From Pseudogymnoascus verrucosus (Eukaryota), in the NCBI GenBank assembly GCA_001662655.1, contig KV460264.1: DNA of 64,000 bases. One strand, given 5' to 3'. The position numbers and the translations under genes are program-made. This document shows, piece by piece, positions 1 through 9,382 of the stretch (position 1 is the stretch's first letter; each line of letters starts with the position of its first letter). The notes beneath the pieces were generated by a model. The model was not told where the DNA came from, made no database searches, and saw nothing but the letters and a program-made list of their open reading frames with translations.

Positions 1-379
1 TCAACGCGATGTAGCTCATCTTATCTGGATTCTGTCCCCCTAAAGAGCAGCCGAACCCCGCTTTATCGTCATACGTGTGCCTTGAACTGTGCCACTCGAT
101 GCACATGAAAATATGGCAGAAATTCAAGCCAACAGTCGTGAAATGTGAGATTTTAGCGCTGATGCTCCAGCGAGAGGCTCCTCGGAACTTGTGGTTTGGG
201 GCATGTTCGCGACAGGCGGCCAATCAAAGAAATAAGCTCAAGATCTTGGGAGCAGACCCCAGATCAACACTGGCGACAGTAAACAAATCTCAGCCTTGCC
301 AAGATTTCAGCCTCGCACAACACCCAACATCGTCTTTTTGTCCATCGCAACCCCCAAACCACCAAACTAAAAATGCACA

Positions 380-2803
380 ATGCTATATTTCAGGCGCCGG
401 CGATACCAGCATGTCTGGGCCGGCATAGGACGAGCTTACTATGGGTCACTCGCAAGTCGACCCCCAAGGCGACACCTAAGGAATGACAGTCACAACGCCA
501 ATATCGACCCGACATCCCCAAGCACTAAGTCGTTCGCCCACGTCAACCGAAGAGATGCGAAAGGGCGATGGCAAGACTTAATCCGAACGACGCCGCCGCC
601 GCCAATAGATCTCAGCCGAAAGATTGGAAAAGTGCCTCGGCGATACTTGAACCTAATCTCGCTCCTGCCTCCAGAGGGTCGGCAAGGAGAGCATGACTCC
701 GACCAGCAGGATTCGACCCCTCGAAAGGCCGGGGAGGGCTCGTCTGTCCTTGCCGACACACAAGAGAAAAGAGGGAGCTCTGTCTTTGATGGCGTCAGTC
801 GAGATTTCCACGCCCCTAGGCTGTCTACCGGGGATAGCCTAATACATGTGCGAACCAACTGGACAGCAATGCGCCGAGCCACGCCTTCGAAAACCTTGCG
901 ACCACCGCTGCGAGGGCATAAACACAAGACAATAAATCCGAATATCAAACTAGAAAAATTCATGTCCAAAGAGGATATACAGGAAAGGCCTGAAATAGGG
1001 AGCAGTTCCTCCGATCTCTCTGGCCAGGGGACCCATCTGGACCCTATTATCCACGACATGTCCCCGCCCACGCCCATACAATCACAATCCACCGACAAAA
1101 TAGTACCAGCAGTGACCGAAATCCCCATGCCGTTGATGCGTCGCAGGAGGAGAGGTCGCGGGTCCCGCTCGTTTGTAGGACCCTCCACAACAACTCCAGT
1201 TATGGACGAAACCGATAAAAAACGGCTATCACAACATTATATGGATTACGGCCCCGCCACAGCAACTCCAGCGGTGGATGAAATCGATAGAAAACGGCTC
1301 GCAGAGCAGGCCATGGATTATGGCCCCACCTTTGCGCCCTACACCACCAAGCTGCTCAAACGAACCGAAGGCTGGGAAGAGCGCCCAGCGCTGTGGGATA
1401 TCAGCCCCGGGTGCCTCCTCTGGCTCCCCCCCTACTACAAGAACCCCGAGGACACAAACTTGCTGCATCCTCATCCTAATAGCGTGGACCACCCCATTGT
1501 CGTCCTCAGCGTCGATGTGTCGGGGCCGGAGGATGCAATCGTAACTTTTATGACTATCCGGTCGTTCAAGTCGTTCGGGGCGAAGACATCGCTGCTTAAC
1601 TTCTGGAAGAAGTACTTGCCGCTCTCGCGCTTCCCGCGCGAGAACTGGAGAGACGAGCCCGAGGCGCGAGAGAGCTGGAAGGACGCTCTGCTATTCCGCG
1701 AGAACTACACGGGTAGGAAAACAAACAGGGTGCAATACGTTGATATACAGAATATCAGTACGGCGCGGTGGGAGGACCTTCGGTGCTACCAAGGGGAGCG
1801 GCGCGTTATAGGGATTCCGCAGCGACTGTGCGAGGAGTCGATGGCGCGGTTGCGGGCGGCGCGGACGTGGTGGGAGGGGCAGTGGGATACGAATCGGGGA
1901 TTGGTGAAGTGGGAGGACGAGTGGGTGCCGTCAGGAAAGATGAGGGATGTGTTTAGACAGAGGTATATTGAGCCACTGGGGGAGGAAGACAACGAACTCG
2001 GGTCGGTGGTGACAGGGAAGGTAGCGAATGACGCGTCGGGGGGAAGTGGTGAGTTGGCACTTCAAATGAAAGAAGTGAGGGCGGAGATGAGGGCCGAGTT
2101 TGAGGAAGCGAGGAAAAAGATGAGAGCGGAGCTAGAGAAGGTGAGGACGGAGATGAGATCAGAGCTGATGACAAGGATGATAGAAGAGCTCGAGGATGTG
2201 AGAGAGGGCTTGCAGGTGGTAAACAGAGCAGAGAAGGCGGTCGTGGAGCTGGAACTAGCAAAGAGCGCGAGACCACCGATGCCGCCGCCGGAGTACGCGA
2301 CATCTCCGCAGTTGGCGGTCTGGCACGCAGCGAACGACATGCCAGAGTGGAGTGGTGACTTGACAAATAAAGCGGAGGCGATGCGGTTAGAGCTGAAGAT
2401 GGCAAGAATGGAGGTGGACGGCGTGAGGGCAGAGATGGAACGGATGCGAGGCGATATGGACAAGATGAAGGTGGACCTGGCGCTGCTCAAGCGAGCGGAC
2501 GCGGCGCGCGAAGCGGCGGGGCGGCGAAAGAGCGTGAAGGTTCCGGACGTGGGGATGTACGCGCCGGCGCTGGGCCCGCGATCACCGGCCTCGAGGGCGG
2601 CACTACCGCCAGGGGCAGCAGGCGACGTATTAGAAGGGACGGGAGAGTCGACACTTAAAGGGTTGAACAAGGAGTTGAAGCAGGCGATGAGCGCCACGGC
2701 ACAAGCCGCGCAGACACCGGCGCCGAATCCGGCGGCTTCATTGTTGCCCCAGGTAGCGGGGAAAGGTCCAAGGCTGGGCCCGCTGGCACAGTCTAGGGGA
2801 TGA
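380..2803 (+). CDS. Hypothetical 807-aa protein: disordered N-terminus, central putative PemK/MazF-like beta-barrel domain, C-terminal coiled coils
   Basis: Uninterrupted 2.4-kb ORF. Central globular segment PGCLLWLP..HPIVVLS..VTFMTIRS..YVDIQNISTARWEDL..RLCEESMARL. Heptad-like E/K/R/M-rich helices at about 2060-2500. True start codon uncertain. Confidence 0.75.
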   Translation: MLYFRRRRYQHVWAGIGRAYYGSLASRPPRRHLRNDSHNANIDPTSPSTKSFAHVNRRDAKGRWQDLIRTTPPPPIDLSRKIGKVPRRYLNLISLLPPEGRQGEHDSDQQDSTPRKAGEGSSVLADTQEKRGSSVFDGVSRDFHAPRLSTGDSLIHVRTNWTAMRRATPSKTLRPPLRGHKHKTINPNIKLEKFMSKEDIQERPEIGSSSSDLSGQGTHLDPIIHDMSPPTPIQSQSTDKIVPAVTEIPMPLMRRRRRGRGSRSFVGPSTTTPVMDETDKKRLSQHYMDYGPATATPAVDEIDRKRLAEQAMDYGPTFAPYTTKLLKRTEGWEERPALWDISPGCLLWLPPYYKNPEDTNLLHPHPNSVDHPIVVLSVDVSGPEDAIVTFMTIRSFKSFGAKTSLLNFWKKYLPLSRFPRENWRDEPEARESWKDALLFRENYTGRKTNRVQYVDIQNISTARWEDLRCYQGERRVIGIPQRLCEESMARLRAARTWWEGQWDTNRGLVKWEDEWVPSGKMRDVFRQRYIEPLGEEDNELGSVVTGKVANDASGGSGELALQMKEVRAEMRAEFEEARKKMRAELEKVRTEMRSELMTRMIEELEDVREGLQVVNRAEKAVVELELAKSARPPMPPPEYATSPQLAVWHAANDMPEWSGDLTNKAEAMRLELKMARMEVDGVRAEMERMRGDMDKMKVDLALLKRADAAREAAGRRKSVKVPDVGMYAPALGPRSPASRAALPPGAAGDVLEGTGESTLKGLNKELKQAMSATAQAAQTPAPNPAASLLPQVAGKGPRLGPLAQSRG

Positions 2804-3410
2804 GTGATAGAGACGATGACATTGGGAGATAGAACCTGTAGCAATGGGCTTTTAGTCTTCAGGGTTGTCGCGAGGTTTGGCGTTTGGGGCGATTGTAGAC
2901 TACAGCATATATACCCTCCATATTTGATAACTAAAGAGAGAATAAGAATAAGATATACCAATAACGACTGTGTCTCTTCGTCGGGAAGTCAATGGGTATA
3001 ACAATTCACGTGACCTGTGACGGGGAAATAGTGGCACACGTGACCTGTCAGAATTAGAGTAAGACGGAGGGATAATGACGCCTGATTTGTCAGGAAGATA
3101 TGGTAAGAAAGGGCTTTGATAAGCAGCGTCGCAATGGCAGCCACGAATCACGAACCAATGACTGCTTTGTAATCATAACCCCTCTCCCGATCTACAACAC
3201 GGGAGGAGCACGCCCTTTGGAGCACGCACGCCCTTTGAATCACTCGCTCGCCGGCATCGCTCATACTAAGGTTGTTGCTATGACTCCTGACCGACGACAG
3301 CGTTACAGTCATAGATGCCGCTTTGTAATGTGGATATATTGATATTTACCTGATAGATACTGGAAAAGGCGTGCGTGGTTACGTACGTATGCGCATACGA
3401 GTTAACGGGA

Positions 3411-3458
3411 TGGAGTTCTGTACAGTTGGAGTTCTGTACAGTTGGAGTTCTGTACAGT
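3411..3458. repeat. 16-bp tandem repeat (TGGAGTTCTGTACAGT) x3
   Basis: Three consecutive copies read directly. Confidence 0.9.
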
Positions 3459-4458
3459 AGAGTATGTTCATATCGTATAGAGCAAAAAGAGAGCTATACG
3501 GGGAAAATCAAAGTACCTATCAAAAAGTGATAGCTAGGAAACCGGATCTCCTGAGAGAAAATTCTCATATAAAAATTCTCATATGCATAGCACAGCAGAG
3601 AAAGTAAGAGTAACAGTACGTACAGTCAATAATTACTACGTGTTACGGAGTACAGTACAGCATACGAACATGAAGATGAAGATGAAGATGAAAGAATTTT
3701 GCCCAGCGATGATAGCCGGGCCAATGAGACGAGCGGATTGACGCATCCGCCACACGTCTGTAACCTGGCGAGGCTGAGCAGTTTAAGAGTAAATAGTACA
3801 CAGTACATGTGACATGCGTACAAATTAGGTGGCTTGATGTGGTACATGGTACATAATGGAATTGGACACCCGTACAAAATCTTCACTCAGGTGGTTGGGT
3901 GAAGACTCTGTGTGAAGACTCTGTGCTTGCATGAGACGTTGGGTGTGGGACCACTGTGGGACTCATGTACCCTCTACACCGAACCCCTACCGACCACCAC
4001 CAACAATCTACCAATCCCTCATACAATATTCACACTCCACACACAAAACAACAAGTACCTTCTACACCCCTCCCCCGAAAGACTCTGTCCCTGTCCCCTG
4101 CCTCCCCTGTCCCTGGCCACCACCACAGCGTGTCCACAGCGTGTTCCACAGGGCAGTGCCTTCCACTCACACCACCAACATCACCACGCCGACCACACCG
4201 ACCACGCCCAACCCACCCACACCCTCTCCACTCTAGCCGCCGCCGTCACGCCAACTGTCAGAATTTGCCAACTATGGATCCCACGATCCCACGATGGAGC
4301 ACCCTCGGCGGCGAGGAGTCAAGTTCTTACCCCATCGCGTCGCGGATACCGTCGGCGGGTCCAGTTTTGTGGCCATGAGTGTGGTCTGGTGTGGCCTGGA
4401 CGAGGCGATTCGGGGCTGGACGTTGTGGATGATGTGGATGAGGTTGGTGATGTGTAGC

Positions 4459-4655
4459 TATTCTGGGTTGAAATGTGTACAGCTATTCCGGCCTTTTGGA
4501 GGGGCGTGCGAGGTTGGTGATGGGCGAGTTCCGGCCTGGATGGGGGGTTCGTGGGTGTATTCCGGCCTCAAAGAGTGTCAATTCCGGCCTGTGGGAGTGC
4601 TATTCCGGCCTCAAGGAGTATCAACTCCGGCCTCTGAGGGTGATATTCCGGCCTG
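4459..4655. repeat. Degenerate array of about 8 (TA)TTCCGGCCT cores with variable spacers
   Basis: Cores near 4484, 4529, 4558, 4581, 4601, 4625 and 4644, plus a degenerate copy near 4459. Confidence 0.75.
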
Positions 4656-5100
4656 GTCCAGCGACATCGGACAGTGAACAGACACCCCGAGAAACCCTGA
4701 GAATCCTCCAGAAACCTCACTATCCGTGTACCCTTCCCGGCGTCTGTCGTGTACAGTACACCCAGCCAGGCGCATACAAGACCCTGAGAGACCGAATTAA
4801 CTCCCGAATTAGCATCTGGGATACGGACATGAATCCCCTACGACAGGGATCCAATTGACGTACCGCAGCCTCTGCAAAAGCTCTGGACAGGGGGGGTGTC
4901 ATAAGGCTGTTTGGGTGTGGGTGGTGGTGGATGCTGGTGGGGGAGTTTAGTCAGTCGTCTCTTACTAATACTCGATTTGTGAGCCAGATGGCGTTCTCAC
5001 GACCCATGTACCGCAAGGCGTGGATATCCACGGGACAGACAGTAGTCATAGGGGAGGGAAGAAAAAATATGGCAACATGTGGATTAGGATGTGGAAAAAA

Positions 5101-5112
5101 GTATATAAGAAG
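5101..5112 (+). promoter_or_regulatory. Probable TATA box of the small Ser-rich gene
   Basis: GTATATAAGAAG followed by a pyrimidine tract and a CA-rich leader ending AATCAAAATG. Confidence 0.5.
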
Positions 5113-5332
5113 AGGGTAGGTCGATGGTGAGTTCTCTTTTTTGTTCTATCATCAGCATCAACATCAGCTTCATCCACAGTCCAGCTTCAAGCTTCAAACA
5201 TCTACCAACGCAACCAATCTGTCAAACTATCAAACTTTCACAACCATCAAACTACCACTTTCTCACCTCACAACAACCACCACAATCACCACACCACCCA
5301 CTCCACCAAACACTCCCACAACAACAATCAAA

Positions 5333-5683
5333 ATGTCTGGCGTCTACCTTCCAAGCATGACCTTCTCCGCCCCCAACTCGGCGCCATCCTCCCGCGGTCC
5401 CTCCCGCGCCGCCTCCATCATCTCCCCCAAGTCTCCCCGCCGCAGCACCGCCGAGGACTACTGGACCTCCCCCAGCGCCAACTTCGGCTTCCAGTCTGCA
5501 GTCGGCACCCCCGCTGCGTCGCGCGCTCCAAGTGTCAAGGCTTCCAAGCCGGCAGGAGAGAAGAAGAGCCTCAAGAGCAGGGTCAAGAGCGTTCTGAGCA
5601 AGGGTACTGAGGAGTACTGGGCTGGAGCTGTGCAGAATGCCAAGTTTGGTGTTCTGTCGCCACCGGTTGCTCAACGCATCTAA
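5333..5683 (+). CDS. Small (116 aa) Ser/Pro/Ala-rich hypothetical protein
   Basis: Strong fungal start context (CAAAATGTCT), upstream TATA, C/G-ending codon bias, internal repeated motif (E)DYW..NFG / EEYW..KFG. Confidence 0.75.
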   Translation: MSGVYLPSMTFSAPNSAPSSRGPSRAASIISPKSPRRSTAEDYWTSPSANFGFQSAVGTPAASRAPSVKASKPAGEKKSLKSRVKSVLSKGTEEYWAGAVQNAKFGVLSPPVAQRI

Positions 5684-7579
5684 GAGTTTTATCTTGAAGA
5701 GGGGATGAGATGAGAGTTGCATTATAACGGCGTTTTATTTTTCTTGGAACGAACAAACTACAACACGATCACCACGACACTAGATACACCGCATGGCATT
5801 GCTGGCGGGGTTTTTTTATTATTTGGATTTGCATTTTCAAAACTTGCGATTGAGCAGCTCAGAGATATCACTTTTTACATCGGCAATGGGAGGCTTGAGA
5901 GCAGATGAGAGAGTCTGATAATTGGGAGAGATGGAGGGATTAATAAAAGAGAGAGAGAGATTTAGTTAATTAGATTTTAAATACCACATATACACATCAT
6001 ACACATACACACGTTTGAACTTGAAAGTGAGATCCTGTTTGTTCTACTATTCTTGCCTTGTTTTACTTCGCTTGCCTCTCTTTTTATCACTTGGGGATTA
6101 AGAGGCATCTATCTCACAGTCAGCTGTAAGATAGTTAACAGCAAAACGGTCCAGACCGTTAGAACCATGGACAGCCGCGCACGGTCCTTCCCAGTTTTTG
6201 CACAGCACCACAATTTTGCTGACATTTCTGCACACATTTATAGTGATGCGCCACACTTATGCTCTAGGATCACTTAATTGACGGTTGTGCCACGTGCACC
6301 CGTTGCGCACAGCCACTTGTGTTTCTGCGTTTCCGTGATTCCGCGTACATTTAGGCAGAACACGATGGTAGTGCGTTTTGTCGCTTATATGGACAGACGA
6401 CCGCTCTGTTCGCCCAGAGAAAAGTGGTCGAAATAGGTGAGAATGAGCTCTTATGAGCACACTTACTTGCTGAAAGAAACCGATAGCTGCGAGCGTGCTG
6501 CTGCTGCGTCTATTTAGAGGTCCTTTGCATCTATACCACTCGCTATTGTTGGCGATTTATCTTCAACTTTTCCCTCTCTGCCCCCTTTTGCGCTTTCAAG
6601 TCAGCTCGTGGGTGCCCCTATCAAAAGATGCCCGCCCTTTGAGCAAAGCCTAGGCAGGTTCTTCTTCTACTTTTAGAAAGTTCGTTTTGGCGTTTTCGAT
6701 GCTTTCTACACATATTGTTGTCACTACATTGTTTAAAAGCAACAAGTTGACAGATGTCAAGTTGAATCTGCGCACTTCCCTATTCAAGCAGCCTAGTTTG
6801 CGCATATTTAGTTGACATTTGTCAACTTGTACTCGATTTTAGCTAGACTGCAGTGGTTTTGCTTTTTCGTCGGTCCAGTACGTAGAGTTGTGCTCGCTGT
6901 ATGGCAACTGCTCCCTCCTCACTTCAAGTTGATAGATAGTGCCTTCCACATGCCGCTTCGTTTAGAGCGCAGTTTATAGATTTATTCTCGTTGATAGCGG
7001 TTTGCGCACTTCTCTATCAACTGCTCCTATTTTGTGCAAACTCCTGTCGACGGTGGCACGGGGGTGGCTCTCGGTTTCAGCGCACTTCTTCTTTCATACC
7101 GCAGGATTTAAACGAATCCGTTTTCATAAGTACGTAAGTTTCCTTTCAAAACCGTTTGGTATGAGAACACTAGGTTTTGATGCTCTTATATCTTCGTCTT
7201 TCTCAATACAATCCCCAAAGATAACACTCCCAACATCTCCCCCTCACATCTCAATACCAATTTTGCCTTCCCCCCCTTCATCTTTTTTCTTCTCATACTC
7301 CATTCTTTGTCCAAGTCTGCCACCGCAAGCGGGCTATCACGGGGCGGAAACTCAATTTCATTGATGATTTCTTTGATCGCCCTCGTCGCCGTTTGTCCGA
7401 GGACATGACAAGATGCCTTCTTTTGTTCAGCACTCGAGTTCTCCCGCTATATCTCCCCCCCCACTCTATTGATACTCCCGAGAACATTTGAGATCCCAAA
7501 CAATCGACACCAAGGATATAATTTACCTCGTTGTCTCCCCGCAATTTCAACGCTCGCAATCCCCGCCCCCTAATGCACC

Positions 7580-8633
7580 ATGCCTCCCAAGGGAAAGCCA
7601 ACGCGCATACAGCCGCACCGGACGGTCAAAACCAATTCCGCGACAGAATTTCCTCCCCTGCCAACGACGCTAGGAGGTCGTGTGACGAAGACACCGCCGA
7701 AGGGAAAAGATAAGAAAATAAAAACCCCCAAGAAGGCGCCGGCGAACGAGCCCGAGAAAGGAACGGCCAACGATCCCGAGAAGGGAACGGCCAATGAGCC
7801 CGGGAAGGGAACGGCCAATGAGCCCGGGAAGGGAACGACCGACGGCCCCAACAAACCCGATGCTGATAATGATTTAACGGATACTGATAACCCCTTCGCT
7901 AATGGTGCACCAGACAGTATGCCACCTCCATTCCCCTCCCCATTTCTTTCGCAATTAACACCACCCAGCTTACCTGAAGCGGGCCGCCATCGTCGTGGGT
8001 AACATTATCTCGGCCGGCTACCACGAGGCATACACCGAACTCCAGAGTCATGATCACAACTACATCTCGAGGTTCGTGCGTGAATCCGGCGATAGATGTG
8101 GACATGTGCACTCAAAGTACCGCAAGTTTGTTATCGTCGCAAAGTTCAAGAGCCACTTCGTGTCTCAGTGCGTCCCTCTTATCCTCCCTCCTCACCCCGT
8201 TTTAACACCCTATTCACTAGTACGTGTTGAACTAAATAGAGCTAACTGCCCCATTAGCCCCATCTACAGCAAACGATTCTCCTTCCTTGATACCCGCGGA
8301 GACCACAATGAGTACGCTGAGATCATCGACAGCAGTCTGAAGAACTTCAGTCCACCGAGGCTTCCCCGTCCACAGCCCCTCTGCCGCGGCAACTCCGACA
8401 ATGTCTGGTTGTGGAGCAAGGCGGAGATGATCCAGGATCGTAACTGGGCGCGCATGTCTGACACGTCGGTGGCGTGGATGGCGCGGCCAGTGGCCCATGC
8501 GAATAAAACTAGAGCAAAGGTGGTGAGTACGTTGGAACCGGAGAGTGTGGAGCAGCTATTGCGCTGGGCGAGAGATTGTTTTGATAGGGGAGTTGGAGGT
8601 GGGGATGAAGGAGCATTTGAGGTTGCTTGGTAA
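7580..8633 (+). CDS. Hypothetical spliced protein with Lys/Pro-rich N-terminus and 8-aa repeats (NEPEKGTA)
   Basis: ORFs 7580-8002 and 7995-8633 join in frame through intron 7917-7968 (GTATG..TTAAC..CAG). A possible second intron near 8168-8220 is unresolved. Confidence 0.55.
7741..7840 (+). repeat. 24-bp coding tandem repeat x4
   Basis: AA(C/T)GA(G/T)CCCG(A/G)GAA(A/G)GGAACGGCC units. Confidence 0.85.
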
Positions 8634-9382
8634 AGAGGGTCTGGTGGATGCGCCAATACCTCCATCAGGAGGGGCCTGGGGACCACAGAAGCTGTTGGTT
8701 TAGGTTTTGTAGGAGTTTGGGATTCAATTGGGGGTATTACGTGAGGGGTTTTTTTTGGGATAGCGTGGGTTGGGGGTTTTGATACATATATGGATTGATA
8801 TTGGTTATATGTACTAGATATTTGGAATTTGAAGGGATGGCGGCTAGTTTGCTCTATTTACAATTAGTTTTAGTTAATTTGTATTACTTTTCGTATTTTC
8901 TTGCCTTCTACGGGCTGCGGAGTACTCGCAGTATTTAGACTTACTGACTGGTGATGTATCATTTAGCAGTTATCACATATGGAAGCTAGCTGCCACAATT
9001 TTCGAAATGGCTGCTACAAGCCCCTTACTATCCTGCTGCAGATCTTGAAAATTTACGTTTCAAGCCCTAATACTTAGCAATATAGGCTCTTTTTAAAGGC
9101 CTACATTCACCGGGTTGTAATCCTACGGGGCCCTGTTTATAGTCTTACAGACCCTGTGCGGGTTTTGCGCAAATTTACGGTACAGGGGTAGATTATGCGC
9201 ACATTTATATCTTCGGTTGGATCGCAAGATGTGCGGACTTATATTCAGGTCAAGAGTAGTTAGTAGTAATGTTGCATACCTCGTCTACCAACTTTCCGGC
9301 ATGACTGAAGAACTGACGCTTGGATCTGGCATGTCATAATATAAAGAGATGGTCATAATTCTTCTATTTGCAGTCTATTCAA

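Noticed and set aside
3912..4457. Overlapping His/Thr/Pro-rich ORFs in all three + frames
   Set aside because: A by-product of CA-rich low-complexity DNA lacking stop codons; no coherent protein.
4459..4655. CRISPR-like repeat/spacer appearance
   Set aside because: Cores are only about 11 nt, spacers are short and irregular, there are no cas genes and the genome is eukaryotic.
6747..6827. TTGACA as a bacterial -35 element or sign of contamination
   Set aside because: It occurs as palindromes in clearly eukaryotic context with no matching -10 box.
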